Shown one piece after another: positions 61,815-64,000 of a stretch of DNA of 64,000 bases. The stretch spans positions 12,383,432 to 12,447,431 of the forward strand of contig NC_092679.1 of NCBI RefSeq assembly GCF_964355755.1. The letters run 5' to 3'. The DNA comes from Antedon mediterranea. Its lineage: Eukaryota > Animalia > Echinodermata. The first letter of the stretch is position 1. Each line of letters begins with the position of its first letter. The position numbers and the translations under genes were made by a program. The notes under the pieces were generated by a model, which ran no database searches, was not told the origin of the DNA, and saw only the letters and a list, made by a program, of their open reading frames with translations.

Positions 61815-63043
61815 TGTAATGATGTAAAAACTTTCCACAATTGGTATTACAACAATGGGTATAATGCGAATAATAATACAGTATAATTGTAAAGAACAGT
61901 ATACGTATGTGATGGGTTTGTCACACGGAAGTGAGCCCTCTAGAGTAAAAGGGAGGAGATGAATAAAGATGGACGACAACTACAACGTGTTTTGTTATAT
62001 TCTTATTGTTGGTTTCAGCCTAACGAGCGAGCCCGTAACAAATTGGGGGGGGGGGGGGTGTCATCCGAGAACAAAGTACGGAATTGTAGTTGTAGATCAA
62101 ACTGATGGTAATTTTAGTTACTTATTCTAAGCTGGTTTTAGGTTTAGAGTCGTTTTATAACGAACGAGGTTTGGCGGTCGTCAAGCCAGTACACTGTGTT
62201 GTTGTTTTAGGCTTGTGTAGGCTTGCCTGTGATAGTATTAGTAGAAGTCGGTTTGGCTTTGATTTTAGGGGTCTAGGCCTAGGCCTAGTTATTGAGACCA
62301 CGGTGCACGGTAGGTTTAATACTGTGTGGGCTTGGCAGGTATTTAATTACGGGTGCCTTAATTATCGTCATACTGGTTATTTTAACCTGTGTTTTTGTTT
62401 GTTTGTTTCGAATAGAAACTAGGCCTAGGCCTATGTCAGAAAGTGATTTTGACGAGGAATTTTTGGATAGCATGTCCATTGAGGTGGTAGCTCAGCTATC
62501 AGAGGAGCGTTTGCGACTAGCATCTATAAATGATTCCATGAATAAATATGACTTGATAAATGTGATTGGAAATCATGTTGGTTTAATTACTCATGAATCC
62601 GTAAAAACTGCGGGGAATGAGGTCGAGTTGGCTAGAATTGAGTTGGAGCATGAAAAATTGATTTTTGAAAAAAGAAAAATAGAGATGCAAACTCAAAGAG
62701 AAATGGAAAAAGAAAAACATGAATTTGAGTTAAGGAAATTAGAATTAGCTAACCAAATGGGTCACACCACACGGGTTTCTACACCTAATGATTCAGAGAT
62801 TACTCAGAATATTAAATGGGTTCCCAAGTTTAATGAGGACGAGGTAGAGACATATTTTTTAGCTTTTGAGAAAATTGCTAATAGATTAAAGTGGCCTGCT
62901 AAACACTGGACTGTGTTGTTACAAACTGCTCTTGTGGGTAAAGCCCAAGAGGTATTTTCTGCATTGGCTGATGATCAATGTGAAAGCTATGATGCGGTTA
63001 AAACTGCTGTTTTGTCAGCTTATGAGTTAGTTCCAGAGGCGTA
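61815..63043 (+). mobile_element. Gypsy LTR retrotransposon 5' part (LTR 61815-62040, tRNA-Pro-like PBS, gag)
   Basis: TGTAAT...TAACA LTR with AATAAA, followed by AATTGGGGG(G)n..TCATCCG, resembling the TGGGGGCTCGTCCG PBS. Confidence 0.75.
62433..63043 (+). pseudogene. Gypsy gag (Gmr1/SCAN-related), interrupted by Polinton 2
   Basis: VPKFNEDEVETYFLAFEKIA...WP...W..LLQ..LVGKAQEVF...YDAVKTAVLSAYELVPEA, cut within the following Tyr codon. Confidence 0.88.
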
Positions 63044-64000
63044 AGTAGTAGATAAGGTACTTCAGCCCAATGTTGACCTTGGTGTATTTTTATAATTAAT
63101 TAATTAGATTAATTTCCTGTTATTGTAATAATTAAATTATTCTTAATCTTAATTAATGAAGGTCATTCTTTCCTGGTTTCGTAATAATTAAAGTATTCTT
63201 AATTAATGAAGGTCGTTCTTTTCCTGGGTTCTTAATAATTAAATTATTCTTAATTAATGAAGGTCTTCTATAGGTATAATAAATTATTTTTCTGGCGCGT
63301 ATTTTTGATTTGTCCTTTCTCCCATCTCTCCATTTTTTCCCTTTGTTGTTGTTTAATTAAGGTGTTTCCTGGGTCCATGTTTTCCGTTTGGTCGAAGGCT
63401 AAATCTAATGGTCACTGTTGTGGGAAGGTCTTCCTAATTATTTAAGGGGTTGTTTGACCAATCTTAATAGCGGACACATTTCCTAAAGGAAGTTCTAAGT
63501 ACCTTTGTTTGTTTGTTTTTTAATTTAATTAGTGTCATGGAATGGTATAAAAACAACGCAAGTGTGGGTAATTCTTTATTCGCTTACTGAACCAAGACTT
63601 ATTACTGATTTTTTTTTACAATGGCTCATTATGCATCATCATCATCATCTTCCGATTCTAACGATAGCTTGTTTATCGAATGCCAGAGAGCAGTTGAAGC
63701 TATCGTTAGTTTATCGCGGAATAATGTCGAAAATATCGATACCAACAATGTTGTCCCCGATATTGGACTACTAGAAGATTTCGTATTTAATGACCAGGAC
63801 CTTGATTTGGATGTTAGCCAGAGTGTTTCTGAAGCCGATAGCCTCTCACTTTCGGATATTTGCAATAATGCTATTGAGATAGTGCAGGAGCTATCGGCTA
63901 ATTTACGTATTGATCACGTAGAAGTAAGTGTTTGTTTATTTTATTTTTTACGTAATATTTATTTTACCGTGTATAATTCTTAAAAGTAGATTGTGTGTAA
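63044..64000. mobile_element. Maverick/Polinton element 2, left terminus
   Basis: Begins AGTAGTAGATAAGGTACTTCAGCCCAATGTTGACCTTGGTGT, 36/42 identical to the inverted terminus of Polinton 1, and shares the TAATGAAGGTCGTTCTTTTCCTGG subterminal repeat. Confidence 0.85.
63621..63923 (+). CDS. Probable first exon of an acidic Polinton 2 accessory gene
   Basis: TATAAAA at 63546, acidic ORF from ATG 63621, GAA|GTAAGT donor at 63924. Confidence 0.45.

Noticed and set aside
62292-62432. Hydrophobic N-terminal extension of gag
   Set aside because: Depends on a non-ATG start in a T-rich leader; the first ATG is at 62433.

Overview
AT-rich, intron-containing animal genomic DNA, probably a marine invertebrate (taxon inferred, not shown). 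1-9702 is the right part of an apparently intact Maverick/Polinton (adintovirus-like) element. It carries packaging ATPase, adenain protease, major and minor capsid, core proteins and a chromodomain integrase, plus a spliced Bcl-2-like gene, a tandem-PC4 protein and a SIM/Zn-motif protein; pPolB is not in the window. Two host immune-type paralogues share an N-terminal CXorf38/DUF4559-like domain with an intact HEPN-type RNSLSH motif. Gene A (11451-18904, 9 exons) adds a coiled coil, a TIR-like domain and a death domain. Gene B (33441-39278, 4 exons) is a NACHT-LRR NLR with a large acidic insertion and one in-frame TAA. The remainder is dense with transposons: a Penelope element with a hammerhead ribozyme, tandem Helitrons, a Kolobok nest invaded by MULE-, Academ- and Harbinger-type elements, LINE fragments, and a Gypsy element whose gag is cut at 63044 by a second, related Polinton. 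There is also a long C2H2 zinc-finger array. All family calls come from motif recognition by eye; no searches were run.
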